A DNA stretch of 42,538 bases from an uncultured Candidatus Saccharibacteria bacterium (GCA_964493895.1 CAZBPY010000001.1:165245-207782), one strand, 5' to 3'. Positions 1-13,039 are shown, counted from the stretch's first letter. Program-made: numbers and translations. The notes: generated by a model not told the origin, from the letters alone.

Positions 1-925
1 GCTGTATTCCATCTTTGGTGCCATACCCATCGGTTGATGCGGCATTGGAACCAACAATTGCTATTTTAGATGTACGTGGACCGATAGGAGATCCAAACCA
101 TAGTCGATAGAAGTATTCAAAATTATAGCTACCAGTGTAGTACAGGCCAGTGGTGCCGCGTCTAGGTAATCCGTATAGACCGTGTGGGTTGTTATAGGTG
201 TGAGGCGTATAGCAATACAAAGACGAGGTTGCGGCGTTTTCTATAAATACTGTAGCGTAATGCGTACCATTAGTGTCATAAAACCGTACATTTTGTCCAG
301 GATACAAGTTTGGTTTGTAAAGCGACTTTTCAGTTCCACAAACCCAGCCTGTACTGGTGTTCCACCATGTATTGTTGCCTCGAGCTCTCTCATAATGATA
401 TCGCAAGGCCCAAACACCACTATCAATCTGGTATGGGAAGGTGCTGTTGCCGCCACAACTTCCGCTAGTTGGGCAAGCATAACCCATAGCCTGATTAATT
501 TGCCAACTTGTTGGGTTAGGGGTCGTTATTAAGCTTTGTTCTTTTTGCAGTGTAGCCAAAATGGCTTTAGGGTTAACTCCATAGATTTGCGCAGCATAGT
601 AGATAATATGTGACGCTGGAATAGGGGTGTCGCAAGTAGCACCTGCAGCCGTATACCATTGGCGCTCCTTACTGCCCGGCCCGTAGCATTGAAGTACAAA
701 ACTCTTATTTTTGAGTCCTGAATTTTTTTGTACAAGGAACGCCTGTATATCTGCTGCGCTCATACTACCCGAGTCAAGGAAGACAGAATTGTCTATTAAT
801 CTACCTGCTTGGTGCGCATAGGTGGCAGGGGTTGAGGTGATTTGCTGTGCCAAAACAACAGCAAACAGCGCAAAAAACAGGAAGGTGTATTTAATAGCTT
901 GTCTTATAGTTGTCATTGTTCTCAT
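1..925 (-). CDS. Secreted protein (3'-truncated by the window edge), 'hemagglutinin-like'/putative lysozyme-like surface protein family; missing from the ORF track
   Basis: Hand translation from ATG at 925 is open to base 1: MRTMTTIRQAIKYTFLFFALFAVVLAQQ (signal/TM)...YGVNPKAILATLQKEQSLIT...AMGYACPTSG...IENAATSSLYCYTPH...GSYNFEYFYRLWFG. The ATG overlaps the TGA of the upstream gene (ATGA, 922-925). Confidence 0.85.
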   Translation of the reverse strand, partial: MRTMTTIRQAIKYTFLFFALFAVVLAQQITSTPATYAHQAGRLIDNSVFLDSGSMSAADIQAFLVQKNSGLKNKSFVLQCYGPGSKERQWYTAAGATCDTPIPASHIIYYAAQIYGVNPKAILATLQKEQSLITTPNPTSWQINQAMGYACPTSGSCGGNSTFPYQIDSGVWALRYHYERARGNNTWWNTSTGWVCGTEKSLYKPNLYPGQNVRFYDTNGTHYATVFIENAATSSLYCYTPHTYNNPHGLYGLPRRGTTGLYYTGSYNFEYFYRLWFGSPIGPRTSKIAIVGSNAASTDGYGTKDGIQ

Positions 926-1506
926 TTTAATCTAATTGGCACCTCTATATTACTGTACTCAGTACCGTCTGACCTAGTAGCGAATATATCAAGTCGTCCT
1001 TCCGTTGCTGTAGTAGACAGTTTAATATTGCCAGAGAAATTACCACCAACAACACTTAATTGACCAGTAGCTATAACGCCGGAGACATCATCAATAATCC
1101 GATAGTGTACTTTTGGCAGAGTGGATTTTCCTGAAATTTCTTGCCCTGACGAAATAAGACTATTAGCTTCGGGTAGATATAAAGTTATTTCGCCAGACGC
1201 TGAAGTAATTGGATTACTTGCGTCTGAACTGGGTGCTCCTGAATTGTCAGTTATCTCAGCCGATCCTCTACTGCCGTCGCTGATTGAAGGGTCTTTGTTT
1301 TCCTCTGTTGTACTATCACTATATTCTTCTTGAGCAGACGGTATAGTGCTTGTTGTTTTTGACGTTTCTTCAGTAGGAGCCCCCCTATTCACTAGGTTGA
1401 TAACACCCGTTCTTTCAAGTACTATACCCACGCACACTAGTACCAACACGACGAGCCCAACAATAATTATCTTTGGTTTTACTGATTTGCGCTTAATAAA
1501 TTTCAT
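922..1506 (-). CDS. Membrane-anchored protein: N-terminal TM, Ser/Thr/Asp-rich linker, C-terminal Ig-like (Gmad2-like) domain
   Basis: Start reassigned to MKFIKRKS (ATG 1506): basic N-terminus, hydrophobic IIIVGLVVLVLVCVGIVL, low-complexity linker, beta-rich C-terminus ITLYLPEANSLISS...GNFSGNI...GRLDIFA. Confidence 0.75.
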   Translation of the reverse strand: MKFIKRKSVKPKIIIVGLVVLVLVCVGIVLERTGVINLVNRGAPTEETSKTTSTIPSAQEEYSDSTTEENKDPSISDGSRGSAEITDNSGAPSSDASNPITSASGEITLYLPEANSLISSGQEISGKSTLPKVHYRIIDDVSGVIATGQLSVVGGNFSGNIKLSTTATEGRLDIFATRSDGTEYSNIEVPIRLK

Positions 1507-1646
1507 AGGATATAAAATATAAAGTTTAGTCTTTGTTTTTAACTTAGTACTAGAATTATAACATATATTGCAATCCAAAGCGTTAGCAATAGCCACAATA
1601 CTTGGCTGTATAGATTGCTGATAAAATTTAAGGTAACATATAAGAT

Positions 1647-2330
1647 ATGAAATTTATGGAAGTGGCTGTAATTGTACCCGTTTACAATGAGGTCAAGGTA
1701 ATTGCTGGCGTAGTAAAAAATCTTAAAAAGACCTTCTCCAATGTTGTTTGTGTTGATGACGGAAGTATTGACGGGTCAGCAAAAGAGATAAGTAAAGCCG
1801 GAGCAATACTCATTAAGCATCCCATAAACATGGGGACGGGAGCTGCATTGCAAACAGGCATTGAATATGCCAGGAGCATACCAAGCAATAAATATTTCGT
1901 TACCTTTGATGCGGATGGTCAGCACAAAGTAGAAGATGTAAAAAAGATGCTTGAAAAGATGGAAAAAACAGGTGTAGATATTGTAATGGGGTCGCGTTTT
2001 CTTGGCAAAACAGAGAATATTTCTAAAACAAAGAAAATTGTGCTGAAGCTAGCCATTAAGTTTAGTAACTTTACATCTGGAATTAAGCTTACAGATACGC
2101 ACAATGGCTTGAGAGTATTTAATCGCAAGGTTGCGGAAAGAATGCAGATAACAATGAGCGATATGGCGCACGCTTCTGAAATACTGGAGATAGTAAGAGA
2201 AAATAAATTCAGCTACAAGGAAGTGCCTGTGACAATAGTGTATACAGATTATTCCAAGTCAAAGGGTCAATCAGTGTTAAACGCTATCAATATAGCATTT
2301 GATGTGCTGCTAATGAGATTATCGCGATGA
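1647..2330 (+). CDS. GT2 glycosyltransferase (DPM1-like polyprenol-phosphate glycosyltransferase)
   Basis: IVPVYNE, CVDDGSIDG, NMGTGAAL, TFDADGQH, VMGSRF, DTHNGLR motifs. Confidence 0.93.
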   Translation: MKFMEVAVIVPVYNEVKVIAGVVKNLKKTFSNVVCVDDGSIDGSAKEISKAGAILIKHPINMGTGAALQTGIEYARSIPSNKYFVTFDADGQHKVEDVKKMLEKMEKTGVDIVMGSRFLGKTENISKTKKIVLKLAIKFSNFTSGIKLTDTHNGLRVFNRKVAERMQITMSDMAHASEILEIVRENKFSYKEVPVTIVYTDYSKSKGQSVLNAINIAFDVLLMRLSR

Positions 2331-2668
2331 TTATACAGGCGTTACTCATTGTAGTTTCTATATTTATACTCTTTTACTTTTTGACAAATAGAAATACGAT
2401 GCAGGTTAGGGCTTATAAAAAAATAGCACTACTGCTGTGTGTGGCGTTGATGATCGTTTTCGTTTTGTACCCCGAATACCTTAATACTATTGCTAACAAG
2501 GTGGGAGTAGGCAGGGGTGCGGATCTGCTTTTGTATGTGTTTTTTGTAGCGTTTATTATTTTCAGCATTAATGTTTATCTGAAATTTAAAGAACTACGAG
2601 ATGAGATTTTTCGTTTATCCCGGACCATTGCTTTAATAGAAGCTAAAAATGATAAGAAAAATAAATAA
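2327..2668 (+). CDS. DUF2304 family membrane protein (GacJ/Rv3632-like partner of GT2)
   Basis: Three TM segments, VGVGRGADLLLY signature, C-terminal coiled segment ending LSRTIAL; ATGA overlap with the GT2 gene. Confidence 0.88.
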   Translation: MIIQALLIVVSIFILFYFLTNRNTMQVRAYKKIALLLCVALMIVFVLYPEYLNTIANKVGVGRGADLLLYVFFVAFIIFSINVYLKFKELRDEIFRLSRTIALIEAKNDKKNK

Positions 2669-3050
2669 CTCACTTATCAAGTATTTGATTGCCGGAGGCG
2701 TTGCATTTGTAACCGAGTACTCTATATTTATCTTGCTTTTTAGTGTTATCGGTATCGGTGTGCTTTTTGCTAATATGCTGGCATTTGCATGCGGTATATT
2801 AACAAGCTTTACTTTAAACCGCAGCTGGTCATTTAAGAAAAGCGTGTTCCACTATGCTAAAACCACCCAGGCTGTGTTATATGTAATGTTAGCCATTACA
2901 AACCTTGGCTTGACAAGTTTTGTGCTAAGCATGTCAAGAGCAATAGGTATTAGAGAAGAAATAATAAAACTACTAATGATGGGCGCGATTGTTGTGTGGA
3001 ACTTTTTAATTTTCAATAAGGTAATATTCAAGCAAAAGGCTATGGACTAG
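2649..3050 (+). CDS. GtrA family membrane protein (lipid-linked sugar translocation)
   Basis: KYLIAGGVAFVTEY, SFTLNRSWSF, WNFLIFNKVIF; about 4 TM segments, 133 aa. Confidence 0.88.
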   Translation: MIRKINNSLIKYLIAGGVAFVTEYSIFILLFSVIGIGVLFANMLAFACGILTSFTLNRSWSFKKSVFHYAKTTQAVLYVMLAITNLGLTSFVLSMSRAIGIREEIIKLLMMGAIVVWNFLIFNKVIFKQKAMD

Positions 3051-3055
3051 CGACA

Positions 3056-4405
3056 CTATTTGATTCTTCCCACAGCGTCAAACCTAAGTCCAGTACCTTC
3101 TAGTGAATTTTGGCTTATGCAGTTATCTGCATCATATATTAAATCGCCGTGCATAACTTTTTTGATGCGGTCATAATCCATTTCCTTAAATTCGGACCAA
3201 GCGGTTGCGATGATTAGAGCATCTGCTTTTGAGGCAGCACCTAAGACAGAATCGCATACTTCTATGGCTTTGTTTAAATCTCTTTTGGCTTCGCCATTGG
3301 CATACGGATCATATACCGAAACAGATGCCCCAAACTTGCTTAGTAAGTTTGCAATTTTAACACCAGGAGATCTGCGGGTGTCACTAGTACCTGCCTTGAA
3401 TGAGAGTCCCAATACGGCTACCTTTTTGTCTGCAAGGCTGCCGCCTAGCATTTCTTCTACACGACTGGCTATGTAGCCAGGCATGCTGTCGTTAACCTCG
3501 GTAGCAGCAGTCATAATTGGCATGTCGATACCATATTCGGCAGAGCTGCTAATCAGGCCTGAAACGTCCTTAGGGAAGCAACCGCCACCATAGCCGCGCC
3601 CAGCATTAAGGAAAGCTCGACCAATGCGCTTGTCAACACCTACAGCATCCATAACTTCTACTACGTCCGCATGCACTTTATCGCAGAGCTTGGCAATTGA
3701 GTTGGCGAATGAAATTTTTAGAGCCAAGAACGCATTGGCTGTAACTTTAATAAGTTCTGCACTCTCAAGCTGGGTGATGATATATTCGCCATTATGTTTT
3801 TTTAGTTCGTGTGCAATATCGAGTCCTATTATTTTTGCTATTTCAGGCGCACGCTCTTCTATAGTTTTGTACAGATCTATAACTTTTCTTATAGCCTCTT
3901 GATCATCCCCGCCTGCTACAACTCGGTCAAAAAGAAGGGTGTCATATATGGCTGTGCCTTCACGAAGAAATTCTGGGTTTGATACATAAGCTTGTCCTTT
4001 GGGTAGAAGCTCAATAACTTTTCCGCCAGTACCAACTGGCACGGTGCTTTTCTGTATATAAACAGCAGTTGGCTTCAAGTATTTTGCGGCAGTCTTGGCT
4101 GCCTTAAAAACATATTGCAAATCGGAACTTCCATCGGTATGATCAGGTGTTGCTACGCAAGAAAATACAAAATCAGCGTTTCTTAGTGCCTGTTCATAAT
4201 CAGTAGTTGCGGTTAATCTATTTTTTTCTATACCTGCGGTTATAGCCTTATCTAATCCATTCTCAAAAAAAGGAGCTCCACCGCTATTAATTACCTCTAC
4301 CTTGCTGGCGTCTATATCTAATGTAACTACCTCATGATCTGCTAGAGCGAATAACGCCGCAACGGTTGTACCAACATAGCCGCCACCAATAACTGTTATA
4401 TTCAC
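3056..4405 (-). CDS. ugd: UDP-glucose/GDP-mannose dehydrogenase family protein
   Basis: GGGYVG Rossmann motif, KSTVPVGT, SNPEFLREG, GYGGGCFPKD, LSFKAGTSDTRRSP; GTG start. Confidence 0.95.
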   Translation of the reverse strand: MNITVIGGGYVGTTVAALFALADHEVVTLDIDASKVEVINSGGAPFFENGLDKAITAGIEKNRLTATTDYEQALRNADFVFSCVATPDHTDGSSDLQYVFKAAKTAAKYLKPTAVYIQKSTVPVGTGGKVIELLPKGQAYVSNPEFLREGTAIYDTLLFDRVVAGGDDQEAIRKVIDLYKTIEERAPEIAKIIGLDIAHELKKHNGEYIITQLESAELIKVTANAFLALKISFANSIAKLCDKVHADVVEVMDAVGVDKRIGRAFLNAGRGYGGGCFPKDVSGLISSSAEYGIDMPIMTAATEVNDSMPGYIASRVEEMLGGSLADKKVAVLGLSFKAGTSDTRRSPGVKIANLLSKFGASVSVYDPYANGEAKRDLNKAIEVCDSVLGAASKADALIIATAWSEFKEMDYDRIKKVMHGDLIYDADNCISQNSLEGTGLRFDAVGRIK

Positions 4406-4411
4406 GTTTAG

Positions 4412-5275
4412 CTATCTCCTTGCAATGCCCAAGAGGTAATTGCCGTATCCAGACTTTGTAAGCGCTTTAGCCTGTTCTATTAATTGATCCTGGCTAATCA
4501 ATCCTTGTTCAAAGGCTATTCGTTCAGGGCTGCCGATTATTTGCCCGGTACGTTTTTGTATGACTCTGACATAATCTGTAGCGTCACTAAGACTGTCTAT
4601 TGTGCCGGTGTCTAGCCATACATCTCCATCATCCAAAGTTGTAACTTTGAGTTTGCCGCGATTGGAGTACTCCTCATTTATTGAGGTTATTTCTAGCTCG
4701 CCTCGTTCACTCGGCTTTACGTTTTTGGCTATCCCAACCACATCATTGTCATAGAAGTAAAGCCCGACAACTGCATAATTGGATCTTGGATTGGTTGGCT
4801 TTTCTTCTATTGATACGGCATTCATATTGTCATCAAATTCCACTACACCATAGCGTTCAGGGTCGTTTACTTGATAGGCAAAAACAATGCCGCCGTCAGG
4901 ATCGGTGCACGTTTGCAGGGAGTCATCCAAATCTGCTCCATGAAAAATATTATCCCCAAGAACTAAAGCCACTTTATCGTTTCCAATAAATTCCTCGCCT
5001 ATTATAAACGCTTGTGCTAATCCATCTGGAGAAGGCTGAACGGCGTACTGAATATTAATACCCCACTTGGATCCATCTCCAAGCAGTTGTTGAAATTGTG
5101 GTTGATCTTCAGGGGTGGTTATTATCATGATATCTTGTATCTTTGCCTGCATGAGCGTGGCGAGAGGATAGTAAATCATCGGCTTGTCATAGATCGGTAT
5201 TAATTGCTTGCTAATACCTCGGGTGATTGGATGCAGCCTGCTGCCACTTCCACCGGCTAAAACTATACCCTTCAT
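4412..5275 (-). CDS. rmlA: Glucose-1-phosphate thymidylyltransferase
   Basis: [18 protein letters not shown]...[41 protein letters not shown]. Confidence 0.97.
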   Translation of the reverse strand: MKGIVLAGGSGSRLHPITRGISKQLIPIYDKPMIYYPLATLMQAKIQDIMIITTPEDQPQFQQLLGDGSKWGINIQYAVQPSPDGLAQAFIIGEEFIGNDKVALVLGDNIFHGADLDDSLQTCTDPDGGIVFAYQVNDPERYGVVEFDDNMNAVSIEEKPTNPRSNYAVVGLYFYDNDVVGIAKNVKPSERGELEITSINEEYSNRGKLKVTTLDDGDVWLDTGTIDSLSDATDYVRVIQKRTGQIIGSPERIAFEQGLISQDQLIEQAKALTKSGYGNYLLGIARR

Positions 5276-6129
5276 GACGATACCTCATTGCGTATATATT
5301 CTGCTAGATCATCCATCCAACTACGAGATTTGAAGCCGGATGATTGTATCTTATCAAGTTTGAGAGTACTCTGCAGGGGTCGCCGGGCAATACCAGTTTT
5401 GCCATGGTAATATTCCTCGGTGGATGTGTCGGTTACTTTCAAATCAAAGCCAGCATCAGCAAATATTTGTCTGGTAACTTCTGCCCAACTCACTGATTCA
5501 CCATCATTAGTAACATTGTAGGTGCCAAAAGGCGCCCCATTCGTTAATAGATGATCGATAGCTCGCACTAGTTCGCTAGTAAAAGTTAAGCGGCCAATCT
5601 GGTCGGAAACGACTGTTGGGCTAACACCTTTTTGACCAAGACCCAACATGGTTCTAACAAAATTTTTGCCTTCGCCAATCACCCAGCTGGTGCGCAGGAT
5701 ATAGAACTTATCTAGCTGTGATATCAGTAAATCACCGGCAGCCTTACTGGCTCCGTAGACATTTAATGGAGCAAAATCCTCATCTTCATCGTGCGCTGAC
5801 TGACTGCCGTCAAAGACATAGTCAGTAGATATATGTACTACTATCAGGTCGTTCTCCCAGGCAATATGGGCTAAGTTCTTGACGGCCTCGGCATTAACTT
5901 TCCAGGCAGCTTTGCGTCCCTCTTCGGTTTCAGCTCCATCGACATTTGTATATGCTGCTGCATTGATAACCACCTCGACATCAGACCAGTCAAAATTATC
6001 AACCGATTCTTTATTGGTGATATCCAGTTCGTCAATATCGGCGAATTGGGCTTTAGGATACTTAGCTCGTAAAGCTAGGCCTAGCTGTCCATTGGCTCCA
6101 ACAATAAAAATTTTTGAATCGTCCATCAT
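5272..6129 (-). CDS. rmlD: dTDP-4-dehydrorhamnose reductase
   Basis: [39 protein letters not shown] (YxxxK), LRTSWV. Confidence 0.95.
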   Translation of the reverse strand: MMDDSKIFIVGANGQLGLALRAKYPKAQFADIDELDITNKESVDNFDWSDVEVVINAAAYTNVDGAETEEGRKAAWKVNAEAVKNLAHIAWENDLIVVHISTDYVFDGSQSAHDEDEDFAPLNVYGASKAAGDLLISQLDKFYILRTSWVIGEGKNFVRTMLGLGQKGVSPTVVSDQIGRLTFTSELVRAIDHLLTNGAPFGTYNVTNDGESVSWAEVTRQIFADAGFDLKVTDTSTEEYYHGKTGIARRPLQSTLKLDKIQSSGFKSRSWMDDLAEYIRNEVSS

Positions 6130-6701
6130 TGCTCCATGGGTTTAATTTTTGACAACGGCGGGTGAGCTAAATCCTTTTCAGATAGTTCAGCTTGATCTAG
6201 GGGGATAGGCCAAGCAATATTTAGTTCTGGATCAGCAAGGTTAACTAAGGTGTAGCTTGCCTCTGGGTACCAGTGACCATTGACCAAATAAGTGTAAACT
6301 GTGTTGTCTTCAAGCGTTTGAAATGAATTTCCACAGCCGCGGGGAACAAAAATAGCATCACCGGGTGTCATGGTGAAAGTATCAACTGTTCCAAATCTTT
6401 CGCCATCGCGGAAATCTACAATGGCCGCAAAGACGGAGCCATAGGCTATGGAAATAAATTTGTCCCATGGCTCGGCGTGAATCCCGCGAGTCACTCCACG
6501 GGTGGCATTGAATGATATATTGTTTTGAACAACTTCAAAGTCTTCTGGCAAGCCGAGTGCGACCAATTTTTCTCGCTGGTAGTTCTCTTTAAACCAGCCT
6601 CTATTGTCACCATGTACCTCTAATTCAAAAGCCAATAAATCTTCAATTTTGGTTGGCTTTGATTTCAATTGCGGATATTTTGCTGGGTCAAATTCAGCCA
6701 T
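6126..6701 (-). CDS. rmlC: dTDP-4-dehydrorhamnose 3,5-epimerase
   Basis: HGDNRGWFKENY, QNNISF...GVTRGIHAEPW, FVPRGCGNSFQTL, ELSEKD. Confidence 0.95.
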   Translation of the reverse strand: MAEFDPAKYPQLKSKPTKIEDLLAFELEVHGDNRGWFKENYQREKLVALGLPEDFEVVQNNISFNATRGVTRGIHAEPWDKFISIAYGSVFAAIVDFRDGERFGTVDTFTMTPGDAIFVPRGCGNSFQTLEDNTVYTYLVNGHWYPEASYTLVNLADPELNIAWPIPLDQAELSEKDLAHPPLSKIKPMEQ

Positions 6702-6712
6702 GCCTAATACTC

Positions 6713-9088
<2,376 letters not shown>

Positions 9089-9096
<8 letters not shown>

Positions 9097-10189
9097 GTTG
9101 CTTGCTGTCGATAAACTCACGCATGTTGGTTTGGAATTTTTCCGGGCTGAACAGTTCGGCTTCGCGGCGGATGACGGCCGAGTCAAACTTGTGACGCGGA
9201 AAATCTTCCAAAGCCCGGCGCAGCGAATCAACTGATTGTTCATCAAAGAACAAGCCGGTTTTGCCGGGATGAACGTAGTCCAGGGCGCCGCCGTCCTTGA
9301 AGGCTATCACTGGCGTGCCGGCGGCCATGGCCGCCACTGGCGAGATGCCAAAGTCATCCAAGCCAGGAAAGATGAAGGCTTCAGCAGATTGCAGTAAATC
9401 AACAATCTCGGTGTCGGAAACATAGCCTTTGAATTTTATGGTCGGACCGGCCATGCGTTTTAGTTTGCCGGTTTCCGGACCGGTTCCTAAAACATTCAAT
9501 GGCAGGCCTAATTGTGTACAGGCCTTAATAGCCAGGTCGAATCTTTTATACGGCGTGTGCCGCCCGGTAATGATAAAACCGCTGCGTTTTTGCTTGCCGC
9601 GTAAATACTTATCGATTTCTACCGGCGGAAAAATCACCGTTGAGTCGCGTTTGTAATATTTCTTGATAGCGCCTTGAGTATAGGTTGAATTGGCAATCAT
9701 GTAATCTGGCCGCTGAGCGGCCTTTAGGTCCCAACGTCGCATTGGTCCAACCAATAACCTTAAACCCAGTCGGCCAAGTGGATTAGAAATTCCCCAGCCT
9801 GGCTGCTTCATATATTCGTCATAGCGCATCCAATAATAATGAGTAGGTGCATGGCAGTAATTAATATGGAGCGTAGTTTTAGGAACCTTGATGGCTTTGG
9901 CTTCGGCGCCCGAACTGCTGATCACTAGGTCAAAATCGGCCAAATCCAGGCTTTCAAACCAAAACCGCCGCAGCAATGGCAGCATCTTGCGCAATTTGGA
10001 AAATGGCCACAGCTGCAGATAGCCGGTGATCACTTTATTATCAAGTTTGCGGCGCCATTCCTCGGTGCAATAGGAAGTGTAAATCGGAGCCTCTGGGAAC
10101 ATCTTGTGCAGTTGTTCGACGACCTTTTCGGCGCCGCCTTGCAGCAACCAGTCATGAACAATCGCTACCCGCGGCTGCTTGATGGCCAT
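9089..10189 (-). CDS. GT4 glycosyltransferase
   Basis: AIVHDWL..GGAE, NYCHAP, IANST, DDFGISPVAAMAAGTPVIA (variant of the EX7E motif). Confidence 0.93.
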
Positions 10190-10191
10190 AT

Positions 10192-11631
10192 TTAGTATCC
10201 TCGGCCGCTTAAGACTACCCGAATGGTTTTTAGCAGAATAACTACATCAAGCCAGAAGCTCCAGTTTTGGACGTAGTAGAGATCGAGTTTGCGGCGCTCT
10301 TCAAAAGGTATATCGCGCCGCCCGGAAATTACCGCCAAACCTGTCAGGCCAGATTTTACGCTCAGGATGGTGTGGCGCTTTTCGTAACTGTTTAGTTCAG
10401 CGGGCACCAAGGCTCGGGGCCCGACTAGACTAAGATCACCCTTAACTACGTTGATAAGCTGCGGCAGCTCGTCAAGGCTAAGTTTACGCATAAATCGCCC
10501 CAGCGGTGTAACCCGGAAATCTTTCTTTAACTTATCACCATTCTTGCGGTATTCCTCTATGAGTTCTGGCTTGCCAACCATTTTGAAAACTTCCTCGTAT
10601 GATTTGCCGTCAAACTTAGCATAGTGGGTTCGAAGTTTGTAGATCTTAAAAACTTTATTAAAGCGCGTTAGACGGTTTTGTTGAACTCCTCGCATAAAAA
10701 CTGGACCGCTCGGATCAGTAAGCTTGACTAAAATGGCCAGGATCAAAATTATCGGTGAAGCTAGGATCAGCAAAATTGTGCCAACAACCAGGTCGAACAG
10801 GCGCTTTACAATTCGGCCCCAACCAATCAAGGCAGTTTGATGAATGGCAATCATCGGGATCGACGATTGGAAAAGCTCGACATCAATATTACCGACAAAC
10901 AGTTCCGAATTCCCTGGAATAAATCTGTACGACACATGATTGTTTTGAGCGAATGTCAACACCTCGTTGTTTTTACTGGAGCTGCTGAAAAGTTCGGTTT
11001 GCATGATGCTGTGAATGTTTTTGACGCCGATCTTTTCGACCGCATCATTGAAAGTGGAGAAGTGTTTCATTTTTGGCAAGCGCTCGTGGCTGCCGACAAT
11101 ACCAACCACTCGGTAGCCGGAGATCTTTGGTTCGGATAGCCATTCCACCAACTCTTGGGTAGCAACGGTATTGCCGACAATCAGGACGTTGCTAATTCCC
11201 AGGTTGTAAGCAAACAGCCAGCGGCGGACAACCCTAGCGGTATTTCTAAACAACACCAAGTAAACAAACGTCAAACCCATTCCGTAGACCGGAATAAGTT
11301 TGGCCGGAAAAATCACATCATTACTGAAATATTCAAAGCCGACAATCAGCAGAGTGCCGATTATAGTCCCCACGATTAGCCGGCCCAATTCGCTGAATCG
11401 CTTTTCATAAATGGACCGATTATATAAACCGATAAAAGCGAACACCACTAGCCAGAGAGGCAGCAGAGCCAAAGTGACAAGCAGGAAGGTTCGGGCACTA
11501 ACCGGATTAATTATCGGCACGTCGCTGTAGGTAACTCTCAGTAAGTAAGCACTGACGAAAGCGGCTACCAGGGCTAGGACATCAGTAAAAATTAAGGCCA
11601 AACTGTACAGCAATGAAGCATTGTTCTTCAT
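10192..11631 (-). CDS. Undecaprenyl-phosphate sugar-1-phosphate transferase (priming GT, WbaP/WcaJ/CpsE-like)
   Basis: N-terminal TMs, Rossmann-like middle, [50 protein letters not shown]; start MKNNAS (11631). Confidence 0.95.
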   Translation of the reverse strand: MKNNASLLYSLALIFTDVLALVAAFVSAYLLRVTYSDVPIINPVSARTFLLVTLALLPLWLVVFAFIGLYNRSIYEKRFSELGRLIVGTIIGTLLIVGFEYFSNDVIFPAKLIPVYGMGLTFVYLVLFRNTARVVRRWLFAYNLGISNVLIVGNTVATQELVEWLSEPKISGYRVVGIVGSHERLPKMKHFSTFNDAVEKIGVKNIHSIMQTELFSSSSKNNEVLTFAQNNHVSYRFIPGNSELFVGNIDVELFQSSIPMIAIHQTALIGWGRIVKRLFDLVVGTILLILASPIILILAILVKLTDPSGPVFMRGVQQNRLTRFNKVFKIYKLRTHYAKFDGKSYEEVFKMVGKPELIEEYRKNGDKLKKDFRVTPLGRFMRKLSLDELPQLINVVKGDLSLVGPRALVPAELNSYEKRHTILSVKSGLTGLAVISGRRDIPFEERRKLDLYYVQNWSFWLDVVILLKTIRVVLSGRGY

Positions 11632-11653
11632 ATATACTGTAATCATACCACCT

Positions 11654-13039
11654 ATGAGTAACAATTCAGCAGTCTCTAGACCCAGCCAAAACAACAACAG
11701 CCTGGCCAACTATTTGGCCGTAACGGTTCTAGCAGTAATATTCTTACTGCCATTTCATGCCTTCTTGACCACCTGGGCCGGATCAAACTTCGGTTATTTA
11801 GACCAATTCCGAGTCTGGAAAGAATTAATAATCTCAATTCTTTCTTTGGGCTGTCTATGGTTGCTATGGCGTGACAAGCCCCTTAGACAACAGGTTTTAG
11901 GTTCAAAAATGGTCCTAGCAGTTGGCCTGTTCTTTTTGTACGGATTGTTGCGCACCGTCAGCGGCTATCGCCAAGAGGCTATGACCGCCGAATCAGCTGC
12001 CTACGGCATTATTGCCACCTTTAGACCACTACTATTTTTTATAGTTGTCTGGATAGTGGCTAGCCGCAGCCGGCTGTTGGACAAATGGTGGCCATTTGCC
12101 GTCATTACTCCGGCAACAGCAGTCATTCTATTTGGGTTGCTTCAACAATTTGTGCTCGACAAACAATTCTTGACCCACTTTGGTTACGGGGCCGAAACTA
12201 TACCGGCTTTTCAAAGTGTCGATCAGAAAACTGAATACGCCAGAGCACAGTCCACCTTGCGCGGTCCAAATCCATTAGGCACCTATCTGGTGGTTATCAT
12301 GACGGCCTTAGTTGGTTTTTGGCATAAATTTAAGTCATATCGTTTCTCCGTGGGCTTGTTGTTTGCGGCGGCGGCTGTACTACTGTTTTTCAGTTATTCT
12401 CGGAGTGCCTGGACAGGGCTGTTAGTCAGCCTGGCCGCGTGGTTATTATTAGCGATCAATAATAAAAAAGTCCTTAAACGGACGTTAATTGCCGGCCTAG
12501 TTGGTTGTGGGCTGGTTGGAGTATCGATTTATAGTTTGCGTGATAACGATTACGTCCAAAACACTATCTTCCACACTGATGAAAATTCGGCTTCGCAGAC
12601 CAGCACTAATCAGGTTCGCACCCAGGCCATCAAGGAGGGCCTAAAAGACGTCTGGAGCCATCCGTTAGGGCAAGGACTTGGCAGTGCCGGTCCGGCTTCG
12701 GCCCGCGGACCAGCTCCTAAAATTGCGGAAAATTACTATATCCAGGTGGCCCAGGAGACAGGTTTCTTCGGCTTGTTTCTATATTTAGCCATAACCGCTG
12801 GGGCAGGATATAGGTTATTTGAAAGGCGACGCCAATTGCTAGCCCAAATATTACTGGCTTCGCTAATTGGTATATCGGTGGTTAACCTGGTGTCGCATGC
12901 CTGGATGGATGACACCTTAAGTTTGTTGTGGTGGGGGTTAGCCGGAATTGCTCTTGTGCCCAAGACAGGTATAATTAAGGCTAAGCATGAGCAGAACAAA
13001 ACCAAAACAACCGATAAAACAAAAAAAGTGGCGAAATGA
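11654..13039 (+). CDS. O-antigen ligase/Wzy_C family membrane protein
   Basis: About 12 TM segments; RAQSTLRGPNPLG, FSYSRSAW, HPLGQGLG, AENYYIQVAQETGFFG motifs; start MSNNSA. Confidence 0.88.
   Translation: MSNNSAVSRPSQNNNSLANYLAVTVLAVIFLLPFHAFLTTWAGSNFGYLDQFRVWKELIISILSLGCLWLLWRDKPLRQQVLGSKMVLAVGLFFLYGLLRTVSGYRQEAMTAESAAYGIIATFRPLLFFIVVWIVASRSRLLDKWWPFAVITPATAVILFGLLQQFVLDKQFLTHFGYGAETIPAFQSVDQKTEYARAQSTLRGPNPLGTYLVVIMTALVGFWHKFKSYRFSVGLLFAAAAVLLFFSYSRSAWTGLLVSLAAWLLLAINNKKVLKRTLIAGLVGCGLVGVSIYSLRDNDYVQNTIFHTDENSASQTSTNQVRTQAIKEGLKDVWSHPLGQGLGSAGPASARGPAPKIAENYYIQVAQETGFFGLFLYLAITAGAGYRLFERRRQLLAQILLASLIGISVVNLVSHAWMDDTLSLLWWGLAGIALVPKTGIIKAKHEQNKTKTTDKTKKVAK

Noticed and set aside
182-735. 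Short ORFs 182-532, 241-480 and 529-735
   Set aside because: Shadow frames of the long minus-strand gene 925 to <1
9097-9246. N-terminal extensions given by the ORF track (PMM, sugar transferase, LexA-like, deoxyribosyltransferase, CruF-like and others)
   Set aside because: They overlap neighbouring genes; downstream ATGs match family N-termini and -10 or ATGA coupling signals
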